From a virus: a stretch of 64,000 bases of DNA. The stretch lies in IMG/VR virus record IMGVR_UViG_3300043777_000086, positions 42,153-106,152 of that record; one strand, given 5' to 3'. Under the pieces are notes generated by a model, which saw only the letters and a program-made list of their open reading frames with translations, ran no database searches and was not told the origin of the DNA. Both the position numbers and the translations under genes were made by a program. This document shows positions 47,254 through 55,366 of the stretch, in pieces (position 1 is the first letter of the stretch; the number at the start of each line of letters is the position of its first letter).

Positions 47254-49491
47254 CTACAGCATATCGTACTCTGGCGTCTGCGCGGAAACTTCACTCTTCT
47301 TTTCCAGTCCAGGCAGGTCCACTTTGGTAATGATCCCCTCCTTGACGCCGTTACGTTTAGCCTTTAGGAGGATTGAGCTGCACTGCTCGCACCGGATATT
47401 CGTCCCTCGCGGCAATTCATCATCGTCGAACTCGTAGCCGCAGCGAAGGCACGTGATATGGTATTCCTTCTGGGCGTCTTCGTTGGATGTACCGCGGATC
47501 TTGCTGTATCCTAGATTCTCGTCGTGGTCGGTTTCACGAGCGCAATAGAGAGCTATAAGCGTTGCAATCAGCTCATCGTCATGGCTGCCCTTAGCTGCCT
47601 CAGCCTTCTTGTCGCTTTCATCATCGTCCTTCTGGAAGCGCTTCATCTCCTCGACGAGGTTGTCGGATTTTGGAATAAATAGCCCGGCCCTTAGCCTTCG
47701 AACTCCATTGCCCCATAGTTTGGGCTTCGAGTTACCCTGGGTGATCCAGTGCCACTTAGAACTCATAATATTGCTAGAGTCGAGGTGCTTCCAGCGATGA
47801 AGACTGGGGTAGTTGTACCGAATACGAACTTCGTCTCCGCAGGTCTGATAGGTGTTGTACTCGATATTCGCCTGAGCTGTGTTGTACCAGTACCCCAAGT
47901 GGACGACCGGCAGCGCCAGGTCGTAGTGATTGATCGTATTCGATCTCCACGTTGCTACCTGAACATCGGAGTTTGCGCCCCTGCCGACGCGGATTACGAC
48001 GATCACGGAGTAGTCGTGCTTGCCCCCTAGGCCCTCGGCAACATCAACACCCAAGTGATACACGTGACCATCCTGAGGAAATTCCCATAGCCTCAATTGA
48101 TGATCGTCAAATCGATGATCGGCGTCACACCACTCCTGCCAGCATTGGGATTTATAAACCTGCCCACTTTCATTACGAACGAACTTTTTTACGCCGTGAA
48201 ATTTTCCGTTCTTATCGAGATGCCCAATGGCGATAGGATCTCTAACCTGCTTAACTGCGAAGTCTATAACATCCTCCGGGAAAACCGGATCTCCGGATAT
48301 CTGAAATGCCTCCAGATCCGTCATGCAGACTTCTTGGCGCAATTCCTTTACGGACTCAATCCCCTTGCGTTCTGCTGTCTCCCTGCGCCACTCCATAAAC
48401 CTTAACTGCTGGTCGTCAAGAACGTAAGGGCGTAGAGTTCCGGTCTTGCATTGCAGACATTTTTCATCTACAACCCGAACCCCTAGATGCACCGACTCGA
48501 ACCACCTCTGACAGTCTGGGTTTGAGCACCGAGTCCACTTGTCCTGTACTAACTCCCGTAGATTAGCCTCTGGCTTCTTTGGCTTCCATCCCAGAGATAC
48601 CGTCCTCCTTCGACCATGCTCCATGAATCCCGGAATGAAAATTGTCCGGTACTCGGCATCATCGCCGGCCTCCTTATTAGTGCGCCATAGGTCCTCGTAA
48701 TATGTACCCGCCCCCTTGGCGGTAGACTCGATAATCGCGAACGTCATCGGGGACTGGTCTGCTAGTGCGTTACCAAGATCTCCGTCGATCGCCTGACGCG
48801 CGGTCTTTTCCATAAAATCACTTAACTCAGATACGTGCGCACACGTGACACGGATACCCTGCCCGATACCGCTATACTGCTGCGCCATCTGAATTTCAAT
48901 TCGGGACTTAAGACCGGGATTGGTGCGGCGAAAATCCGGGTTAGGATTTTCAAAGAGCAGTCCGCCGTCGTACTTTCGATTGGCGCACATGGGCTTTAAC
49001 CACCACGGCATCTGGTCGTAGATGTGCAGCATGATCGAGAACAGGTATTCGGATCGATTTAGATCGGGACCAACCACGAGCGCGTTAACGTTCGGGAAGA
49101 ACATCGTACGCCAGGCCACAAGAGCCTCGCACAGCGTTGAGATTCCTTGCTGGCGAGCCTTCAATATCAGTAATTTCTGCGCCATGCCCTGATCCCTAAT
49201 CGACCACATGATTTCGAGGATCAACTCCTGCGATTCCCAGAGCGTGAAGAACTGGTCGCCGGTTTCCTTGTTGGTGATCTTGAAGTAATTCTTGCAGGCG
49301 TAAACGAAATCGTCCTGGCAGTGATCCAGCTCTTTATAGATCAGATCCCAGTCAGATCTTGATAGCGCGTCCGGATCTCCTTGCGGCCCACGGGGGGTGC
49401 TTATGACGAACTTAGGCTGGTCGAGGTACTCTACTAGTTCGTCTATTCCGACGTCGCGCTTCCAGCGGGAAGCTGTGGATTTGATGAGCAC
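47254..49491 (-). CDS. terL: terminase large subunit
   Basis: ILKARQQGIST Walker A, HVSE Walker B, ESTAKG, GVDVAEG..DYS, HDD. Confidence 0.95.
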   Translation of the reverse strand: MLIKSTASRWKRDVGIDELVEYLDQPKFVISTPRGPQGDPDALSRSDWDLIYKELDHCQDDFVYACKNYFKITNKETGDQFFTLWESQELILEIMWSIRDQGMAQKLLILKARQQGISTLCEALVAWRTMFFPNVNALVVGPDLNRSEYLFSIMLHIYDQMPWWLKPMCANRKYDGGLLFENPNPDFRRTNPGLKSRIEIQMAQQYSGIGQGIRVTCAHVSELSDFMEKTARQAIDGDLGNALADQSPMTFAIIESTAKGAGTYYEDLWRTNKEAGDDAEYRTIFIPGFMEHGRRRTVSLGWKPKKPEANLRELVQDKWTRCSNPDCQRWFESVHLGVRVVDEKCLQCKTGTLRPYVLDDQQLRFMEWRRETAERKGIESVKELRQEVCMTDLEAFQISGDPVFPEDVIDFAVKQVRDPIAIGHLDKNGKFHGVKKFVRNESGQVYKSQCWQEWCDADHRFDDHQLRLWEFPQDGHVYHLGVDVAEGLGGKHDYSVIVVIRVGRGANSDVQVATWRSNTINHYDLALPVVHLGYWYNTAQANIEYNTYQTCGDEVRIRYNYPSLHRWKHLDSSNIMSSKWHWITQGNSKPKLWGNGVRRLRAGLFIPKSDNLVEEMKRFQKDDDESDKKAEAAKGSHDDELIATLIALYCARETDHDENLGYSKIRGTSNEDAQKEYHITCLRCGYEFDDDELPRGTNIRCEQCSSILLKAKRNGVKEGIITKVDLPGLEKKSEVSAQTPEYDML

Positions 49492-49895
49492 TCTTCCGCC
49501 TCCTCTACGGCCGCCGCGATATCCACCACCATGCGCTTTTCGACCGCGCGGTCGCGGATATAGGCGTCGAAGGTCTTGTGGCCTCCCACGGCCTCAGCGG
49601 CCGCGGTATTCGAATTGTTCTGCGTAACGCTGATCCCGCTAACCGGCAGGATCTTGAAGCTCTTTAGTAGAATCTCGGCAGCCCTTGTATCTCCGATCGC
49701 TATGTTTTTCCGCAGAGAATCCAGGGTTTCCGGAAGCATGACCGGAGCGACGGCCGCAAGTAGCGATTCCACGTACTTCGGGAGTCGTTTGAATGTCACC
49801 CGCTTACGTGTGAGTGCTGGGTGTTCGATCGGTTCCAATTGCGGACGCGGCTTGGCTCTCTTCTTGAGGCGAGCCGGGTTACGAGCCGCGGCCAT
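49443..49895 (-). CDS. putative terminase small subunit
   Basis: directly upstream of terL; GD..AA..LL helical motif. Confidence 0.55.
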   Translation of the reverse strand: MAAARNPARLKKRAKPRPQLEPIEHPALTRKRVTFKRLPKYVESLLAAVAPVMLPETLDSLRKNIAIGDTRAAEILLKSFKILPVSGISVTQNNSNTAAAEAVGGHKTFDAYIRDRAVEKRMVVDIAAAVEEAEECSSNPQLPAGSATSE

Positions 49896-50749
49896 TATCC
49901 CGGCCTCGACAAACTCATGTCGTCGTCGTCAATGAAGGTTATTGATGCCCCGCCGCCCTTAGGTTTGTTCTGGGTGTTGCTTCGAATCAGACGGTGCTGG
50001 TCCATTAATCCCGGACCCGCCGGCGCGCGACCCTCGATATACTTCGGCCTCTGCCGGTAAAGCTCTACCGCTTGGGCCTTGATCCGGCCGAGTAGTTCGG
50101 GAACATCCGGGAATCCATCCTGGAAATCGGCCACTCTAATCGGCACTCCCGCCTCCAGATCCGACCCCACACTAGGGTGTTTATACACGACCTTGATCGT
50201 GGACTCCTTTTCGTAATTGCGCCCATCCCCGGTCATCGGGAAGATCTTCACCTGAAGCTCTAGTTCGATCTCGTGATCCACGTCACGCGGTACGATACGG
50301 ATCGTGCGTGGAAAGGAATGGTTGGCCCACTTCGCAAGATCCTCCATCCCGACGCGCAGCTTACCTCCTACGTAGAGGCTTTTCACTCGTAGGCCGTTAG
50401 GTTGTTTCTTGGGTGCGTTGATCTCCCTGACTAGCGCCGCTTCGTCGGCGATCACTACGGACTTGGGGTCTGGAGAAAGGTCCGGGTCCCTTGCTGGAGG
50501 AGACAAAGTCGGATCCATTTGCGTAGACAGGGTATCGAGCACAGCTCTTGGGTTGGGTGGAAGCACCACCTCCTCGGGCTCCATCTCTACGACTTGCGTG
50601 GATTTTCCATTTACCTGCGGGGTGAGTGACCGCTCCAGTTCCATGGCCATTTCGATCGCATCCGCGATGCACGGAGCTGGAGGAAGGCTTCTAGCCTGCG
50701 CCCTCTTCAGCCCCATCGTGATGGCGCTCTCAAGCGTTGTGCGGTTCAT
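49895..50749 (-). CDS. hypothetical protein
   Basis: coupled ORF. Confidence 0.7.
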   Translation of the reverse strand: MNRTTLESAITMGLKRAQARSLPPAPCIADAIEMAMELERSLTPQVNGKSTQVVEMEPEEVVLPPNPRAVLDTLSTQMDPTLSPPARDPDLSPDPKSVVIADEAALVREINAPKKQPNGLRVKSLYVGGKLRVGMEDLAKWANHSFPRTIRIVPRDVDHEIELELQVKIFPMTGDGRNYEKESTIKVVYKHPSVGSDLEAGVPIRVADFQDGFPDVPELLGRIKAQAVELYRQRPKYIEGRAPAGPGLMDQHRLIRSNTQNKPKGGGASITFIDDDDMSLSRPG

Positions 50750-51372
50750 TAGTTGGCCTCGATGTTGAACCCGTCGTAGTTGTCGTGTGCCTTATCGGCC
50801 CTGCTCATCCGAATCTGGATCTCGGCGTCGCGCCGCGAGGACCCCTCGGACATCAGATGCCTGATCTCGGTTTCCTCCTCGATCGTAAGGTCGGAACCCG
50901 GCGGTCGTCCGTTGGCTCCGAAGGCATTCTGCGTGTAGGACCGAACGGTAGTTTCGAGTTCGATCAACGCAGAAGTCTGGGCCTTAGCGGCCTTGATTAG
51001 CCCCGACCCCATTGCCTTTAGGAACTCCCCGTGGGCCGACAACGCCTCAATAGATTTACCCTGTGCCGCGTGGCGGGCGCCATCGGAATCGAACTGTGCG
51101 GATAGCGCCCTGGATTGAGAATCCAGGCTTTGTTTGAGTGTCTCGATATGCGAGGAGAGGACTTTCGTGCAGTCGGATATGCTATCCAGACATTTGATCT
51201 GTTCGGAGTTAGAAGTCCGAACTCGGACAAAATCGCGATGAAGTTTAGATAACTGCCCGTAGAGGAGCAATCCTATAACAAGGACCGCCGCGATGAGCAG
51301 AAACAGGAGGACGCCTATGATGGTTGCTTCGATCAACGATCTATTGTTGTTGACATTTAATCCCAAAGTCAA
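50749..51372 (-). CDS. N-terminal TM coiled-coil protein
   Basis: long TM then coiled coil; start uncertain. Confidence 0.7.
   Translation of the reverse strand: MTLGLNVNNNRSLIEATIIGVLLFLLIAAVLVIGLLLYGQLSKLHRDFVRVRTSNSEQIKCLDSISDCTKVLSSHIETLKQSLDSQSRALSAQFDSDGARHAAQGKSIEALSAHGEFLKAMGSGLIKAAKAQTSALIELETTVRSYTQNAFGANGRPPGSDLTIEEETEIRHLMSEGSSRRDAEIQIRMSRADKAHDNYDGFNIEAN
51215..51228. repeat. 14-bp dispersed palindrome copy GTCCGAACTCGGAC
   Basis: exact match. Confidence 0.9.
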
Positions 51373-51386
51373 GTAGCCTGAACGAC

Positions 51387-51602
51387 ATGGATCAGATAGT
51401 CTCCGTGCCTGAAGTGCGGAAGCGTGGCCAGCCGAGGATCCCTGAAGAGAAAAAGAGGGTCCCTCTTCATGTGCGGGTCATGCCCTCAACGCGTGAGTTC
51501 CTTAAACGCGCGGGGGCTAAGAACAACGGGCGGGCGGTTGATATGGTGGTGTCGGCTTACCGGAGACTAGCGGCTAAGATGAAGGCGCTGGAGAAGAACT
51601 GA
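51387..51602 (+). CDS. small RHH-like DNA-binding protein
   Basis: KRGQP...KRVPLHVRV...T.E.L......GRA.D; TTGACA-18-TAGCCT upstream (51350-51379). Confidence 0.65.
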   Translation: MDQIVSVPEVRKRGQPRIPEEKKRVPLHVRVMPSTREFLKRAGAKNNGRAVDMVVSAYRRLAAKMKALEKN

Positions 51603-51605
51603 ATA

Positions 51606-51707
51606 GTGCATACCCCAAGCGATGTACGGAAATTCAGAATCATAATATGGGTATTCCTCGGTGGAGTAGCTCTACTGCTGATATGGATATTCGGAAAGAC
51701 CTCCTAA
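51606..51707 (+). CDS. 33-aa single-TM peptide (not in ORF track)
   Basis: MHTPSDVRKFRIIIWVFLGGVALLLIWIFGKTS. Confidence 0.45.
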   Translation: MHTPSDVRKFRIIIWVFLGGVALLLIWIFGKTS

Positions 51708-51710
51708 TTT

Positions 51711-52283
51711 TCACACCTTACTTAGCTCCCCCTCCGCCCCAATCTCCGCTCTTAACTTCTGCTCCGCGATCTTCTGCCGGCCGCGTTCGGTGAGCACAAA
51801 CCGTCCGTACTCCGCGAGTGTCTTGAACCCCTTCGATAACCTGAAGAATATCGCCGCCCGGTCCAACTCCATCGCGGTCCCGAATTCCCCCTGCTGCAAG
51901 TCCGAGTTCAGAAACCTGTCAGCGAGCTTCAGGTTTGCCATCCTCTGGTTCTCTCTCCCGGCCGTCAACTTCACCATGTTAGTGGGTATACCTAGATAGC
52001 GGTAGAGTCTGGCATCGACCAGCAGCTTCATCACGGACGGAGTGAAACGCTTCTCGTTGATGAGGTCCGGTATCTTGTGGCGCTTAACCTCCGGGCTCAC
52101 GTTGACCTTGGCGGTCGGATCTAGGCTCCTTGCGCAGTGCGGGCACTTCTTGGAATTCTTGTGCTTGCGCCATTCGTGACCGCAGTGCGGGCATATCGAG
52201 GGCTTCTTCAGTTTGCTGGCTGGGTTGCGTGTCTGCTTCAGGCGTCCCAATACAACAACTCCGGTATTTTTATGTTTGGCCAA
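51711..52283 (-). CDS. zinc-ribbon protein with possible AP2-like segment
   Basis: CPHCGH.W...CPHC; F.TA...DRAA. Confidence 0.6.
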   Translation of the reverse strand: MAKHKNTGVVVLGRLKQTRNPASKLKKPSICPHCGHEWRKHKNSKKCPHCARSLDPTAKVNVSPEVKRHKIPDLINEKRFTPSVMKLLVDARLYRYLGIPTNMVKLTAGRENQRMANLKLADRFLNSDLQQGEFGTAMELDRAAIFFRLSKGFKTLAEYGRFVLTERGRQKIAEQKLRAEIGAEGELSKV

Positions 52284-52284
52284 G

Positions 52285-53055
52285 TTACTCCTCCTTGGCC
52301 TTGATCCGGATCTCTAGAATCCGTTCCTTGTCGGACTCGACCATATCGATCGAGATGTACTCGAAATCCTTGCCGACCTTCTTGCCGATCACGCGCACCT
52401 TGGCGTTCTTTCGCGGAAGCAGCATCGCCACATGCCTAGCGTTAGAGAATATCGCTGCGATCTCCGGCCAACTGATCTTCCCTGACTGAACCCATTCCTT
52501 GAGTGTGCGGACTCGCTCCCCGACCGGATCGCTATCCTCGACGACTTCCTCGTCCACTGACGGTGGGGACGGGGGTTTCCGTTTGTGCTTCTTGACCTCG
52601 ACATCTTTCTCCTCGCCCTTGCGGACCTCGGCCACAAGACCAGGGCTGACACCGCACAGCGTTGCCAGCGCGCGATCGCTGCGGCGCCGGAGGGTCTTGT
52701 CGGCTAGCGCTCTCTCTACTGCGTTGCGCTTATCGGCCGGGGTGAGCCTGAGTCCATGCTGGCAGTTTCGTTCTAGGCTCATCTCAAGAGCCTTCGTCAG
52801 GGCCTCTTCTGGCTCACACTCGTGGATCTCTCCCTCGATCGATTTAATGCTGCGCTGCTGCGCGGCGAGGAACCGGTGCGCCCCATCCGCCAAAATCAGC
52901 CGGTCGTCGCCATCACGGAAGAGGTCGATCGCAGAGAACTTGACGCCCTCCTTCATGGCCGCGGCGTATTCATCAATCACTTTCGATGAGATCTTCAGGC
53001 GAATCTGGATCTCCGGCAACATCACGATGTCTTTCAATGCGATCTGTTCGGGCAC
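52285..53055 (-). CDS. ParB/Srx-like (StrR-type) DNA-binding protein
   Basis: QIR, LADGAHR ParB box, N..HGL.L...DKR.AV, HTH SDRALATLCGVS..LV..VR. Confidence 0.85.
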   Translation of the reverse strand: MPEQIALKDIVMLPEIQIRLKISSKVIDEYAAAMKEGVKFSAIDLFRDGDDRLILADGAHRFLAAQQRSIKSIEGEIHECEPEEALTKALEMSLERNCQHGLRLTPADKRNAVERALADKTLRRRSDRALATLCGVSPGLVAEVRKGEEKDVEVKKHKRKPPSPPSVDEEVVEDSDPVGERVRTLKEWVQSGKISWPEIAAIFSNARHVAMLLPRKNAKVRVIGKKVGKDFEYISIDMVESDKERILEIRIKAKEE

Positions 53056-53065
53056 TTAGTCTCCT

Positions 53066-54832
53066 TTACTTTTTAAGGAACAACAGCGCGGAAGCTCTAG
53101 CGGTAGAGGTATCGGGGTACTCTACAAACCCAAGCGTACGCAGACGGCCTATAGCGTTCTTGAACCCCTTGCTGAGCACGTTAGAATATCCCGCGAGTTC
53201 ACCCAGGCGCACGCGGTTGATCGAGTGCGGGTAGGCTGAGATCAATTCCCTGATGATCTTCTCGTGCGCCCCTCCGAGCATGCTCATGATCCGTTCTTGG
53301 TGTTCTCGTTCGGATCCGGGAACATCGGGATAGTGAGCCGCGGAGCGTCCGGACTCGGTTAGTGTGACCGTGTCCGAGTCCGGATAATCAATCAAACCAG
53401 CCGAGCGAAGGGATCCAGACGCATTCTTAAATCCCTTACTTAGTAGGTTTGTGTACCCGGCTCTGAACCCCACCTGCACACGAGGAGCGCGATCCACTCC
53501 CAGTACTTCGAGTTCAGCGATAGCGTCTAGGATGGACTGCTCCGTGGAGGATATTTTTTCGTTTCCGTTCCCGCTCGACAATGGGGTGCTTATCTTTTGG
53601 AATCCCCCTCCTCTGGATTCATACACGCCCTCTCTGGCGATATGGATCGCAGCGGGAGCGGAAGAAACCTCACGGACAATCTTATCTAGGTCGGGTATCG
53701 TAGGTAGCTCTATCTCGCAAAGCTCACGATGAAGAGACCCGCTCTTGGAGGACATCTCCCCTACGGTGACAATCACACGCTCCAGGATCTTGCGATAATC
53801 CACATGGAGCTTACCAACACTCTTTGCGAGTTCTTTCCTGATAGCTATGGCGCCGGCTTCGCGCGCCTTTTCGATTGCGGCCGGATCGGATTGTGGCTGG
53901 GCTTTATGGGCCTGCCTCAATTCCTGCTCCAGTCGCTGCACTTCCTTTTTTAGATCGGCTTCGGTTTGCGCCTTCTGCTCTACTTCCTGTGGTAGATCGG
54001 CCAGCTTGGCTAATATCGCCTTGACCTTTTCACGGGGTGGTGTCGGCGGAGCGCTTCGCTCTCCGGACTTGGGATGAGTCGTCTGAACTTCACCGACTTT
54101 GATCTTGATAACCGCATCGGAAATCGCTGGACCAAACGCGAAGAACTGTCCGTCCTTTAGTGTGCGTAGCTCGAACTCCCGCTCACGCGACCTGAACCCC
54201 AGCTCCCGGCAGGCTCTAGCATTGTCGATATCGAGCGCCGTCCTGCCGATCAATTTGTTATTGCAGTCGCATGCGCTCTTGTGGAGATGTGAGATTCTCT
54301 GGGCGGCAAGGACTCCGCAGAATCCCCGCTTACGTCCGCGCGTCATAATGTCGACCACAGCCGAAAGGCTCTCGGCTTCTCCGTACCCCTTCTCGGGTGC
54401 GAACATAGCGGCCTCATCGATCACCACTAGTACGGGATGCCAAAGGGACCGCGGAGCCGACATCATAGATTCAAGGAATAGCTTCACGAATCTAATCCGG
54501 TCATGAGCTTTTAATTCGTAGATTCCCACGATCGCGGAAGTTCCAAGCTCTAGGATCCTGCGGGCGAGCAATTCAGAACTACGAACATCCGCCGGGCAGT
54601 CTCCGCCCTGGCGTCCGGCAAGTACATAATCAAATTTTTCACGAAGGGTATAGAATTCATCTTCAGGGTCGATCACGATCTGTTGGACGTGCCCGTAAGT
54701 CTGTTCGAGGATCCTGCGGAGTGTGTAGCTCTTTCCGGCCCCGGAGTTGGCTTGCACCAGCAGACGGGTGGTTACTAGACGCTTCACGTCCATATTCACG
54801 TCGCGACCATGCTCGTCTAATCCAAGAATCAT
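53066..54832 (-). CDS. HerA/FtsK-family (DUF87) ATPase with two C-terminal winged-helix-like repeats
   Basis: ANSGAGKS, IDPEDEF, IDEA, GRKRG, QR; 2x R......AGY.N.LSKGFKNA.G.LR..G...YPD. Confidence 0.88.
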   Translation of the reverse strand: MILGLDEHGRDVNMDVKRLVTTRLLVQANSGAGKSYTLRRILEQTYGHVQQIVIDPEDEFYTLREKFDYVLAGRQGGDCPADVRSSELLARRILELGTSAIVGIYELKAHDRIRFVKLFLESMMSAPRSLWHPVLVVIDEAAMFAPEKGYGEAESLSAVVDIMTRGRKRGFCGVLAAQRISHLHKSACDCNNKLIGRTALDIDNARACRELGFRSREREFELRTLKDGQFFAFGPAISDAVIKIKVGEVQTTHPKSGERSAPPTPPREKVKAILAKLADLPQEVEQKAQTEADLKKEVQRLEQELRQAHKAQPQSDPAAIEKAREAGAIAIRKELAKSVGKLHVDYRKILERVIVTVGEMSSKSGSLHRELCEIELPTIPDLDKIVREVSSAPAAIHIAREGVYESRGGGFQKISTPLSSGNGNEKISSTEQSILDAIAELEVLGVDRAPRVQVGFRAGYTNLLSKGFKNASGSLRSAGLIDYPDSDTVTLTESGRSAAHYPDVPGSEREHQERIMSMLGGAHEKIIRELISAYPHSINRVRLGELAGYSNVLSKGFKNAIGRLRTLGFVEYPDTSTARASALLFLKK

Positions 54833-55317
54833 TCCGCAATCGCCTTACGCACCAACGCATCCGAACCGGCAAGAGACCCGTGCGGTTTCGACAGGTAAAG
54901 CCTCAGGAGCTTCCCGCGCCGGTGCGATGTCCTCGGTCCGCACTTATCTTCGGTGGTGTGCTCCCACGGGAACTTGCCGCACGGGCACCGATTCGCTAGA
55001 GTTCCGTTTTCGAGCTTACGCCTGATCGAATCTAACTCCACTAAGATAGCCGCGTTCCTGTCTCCGACCCTGGCGGACGATCTAAGCGCCGCCTTGCGTG
55101 TCCGGTTGGCCTCTACAAACTGATCCCCGGTTTCGGGTTTTCCGAATACCAGCTTGACCTCCGCAACCGAATCCGGGTCGATCAGGGTCTTGTCGGCTTT
55201 GATGCAGACTAAGCAGGTAGCCTCCGACTCTACCTGCTCAGCCTCATCGCTGATCAGCCGTCCGCACGCGGTGATCAGTCCAGCTTCAATGTGGACCCTC
55301 GATCCAATCTTCAACAT
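54829..55317 (-). CDS. Cys-rich hypothetical protein
   Basis: H...ACG...TC..C; CPCGK...H...C. Confidence 0.65.
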   Translation of the reverse strand: MLKIGSRVHIEAGLITACGRLISDEAEQVESEATCLVCIKADKTLIDPDSVAEVKLVFGKPETGDQFVEANRTRKAALRSSARVGDRNAAILVELDSIRRKLENGTLANRCPCGKFPWEHTTEDKCGPRTSHRRGKLLRLYLSKPHGSLAGSDALVRKAIAE

Positions 55318-55331
55318 TTCTTGTCCACATC

Positions 55332-55360
55332 ATTATCGAGGGTGCGGGGAGGATTGTCAA
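55332..55360 (-). promoter_or_regulatory. sigma70-type promoter for HerA-ParB operon
   Basis: TTGACA-17 nt-GATAAT. Confidence 0.75.
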
Positions 55361-55366
55361 GTGATT

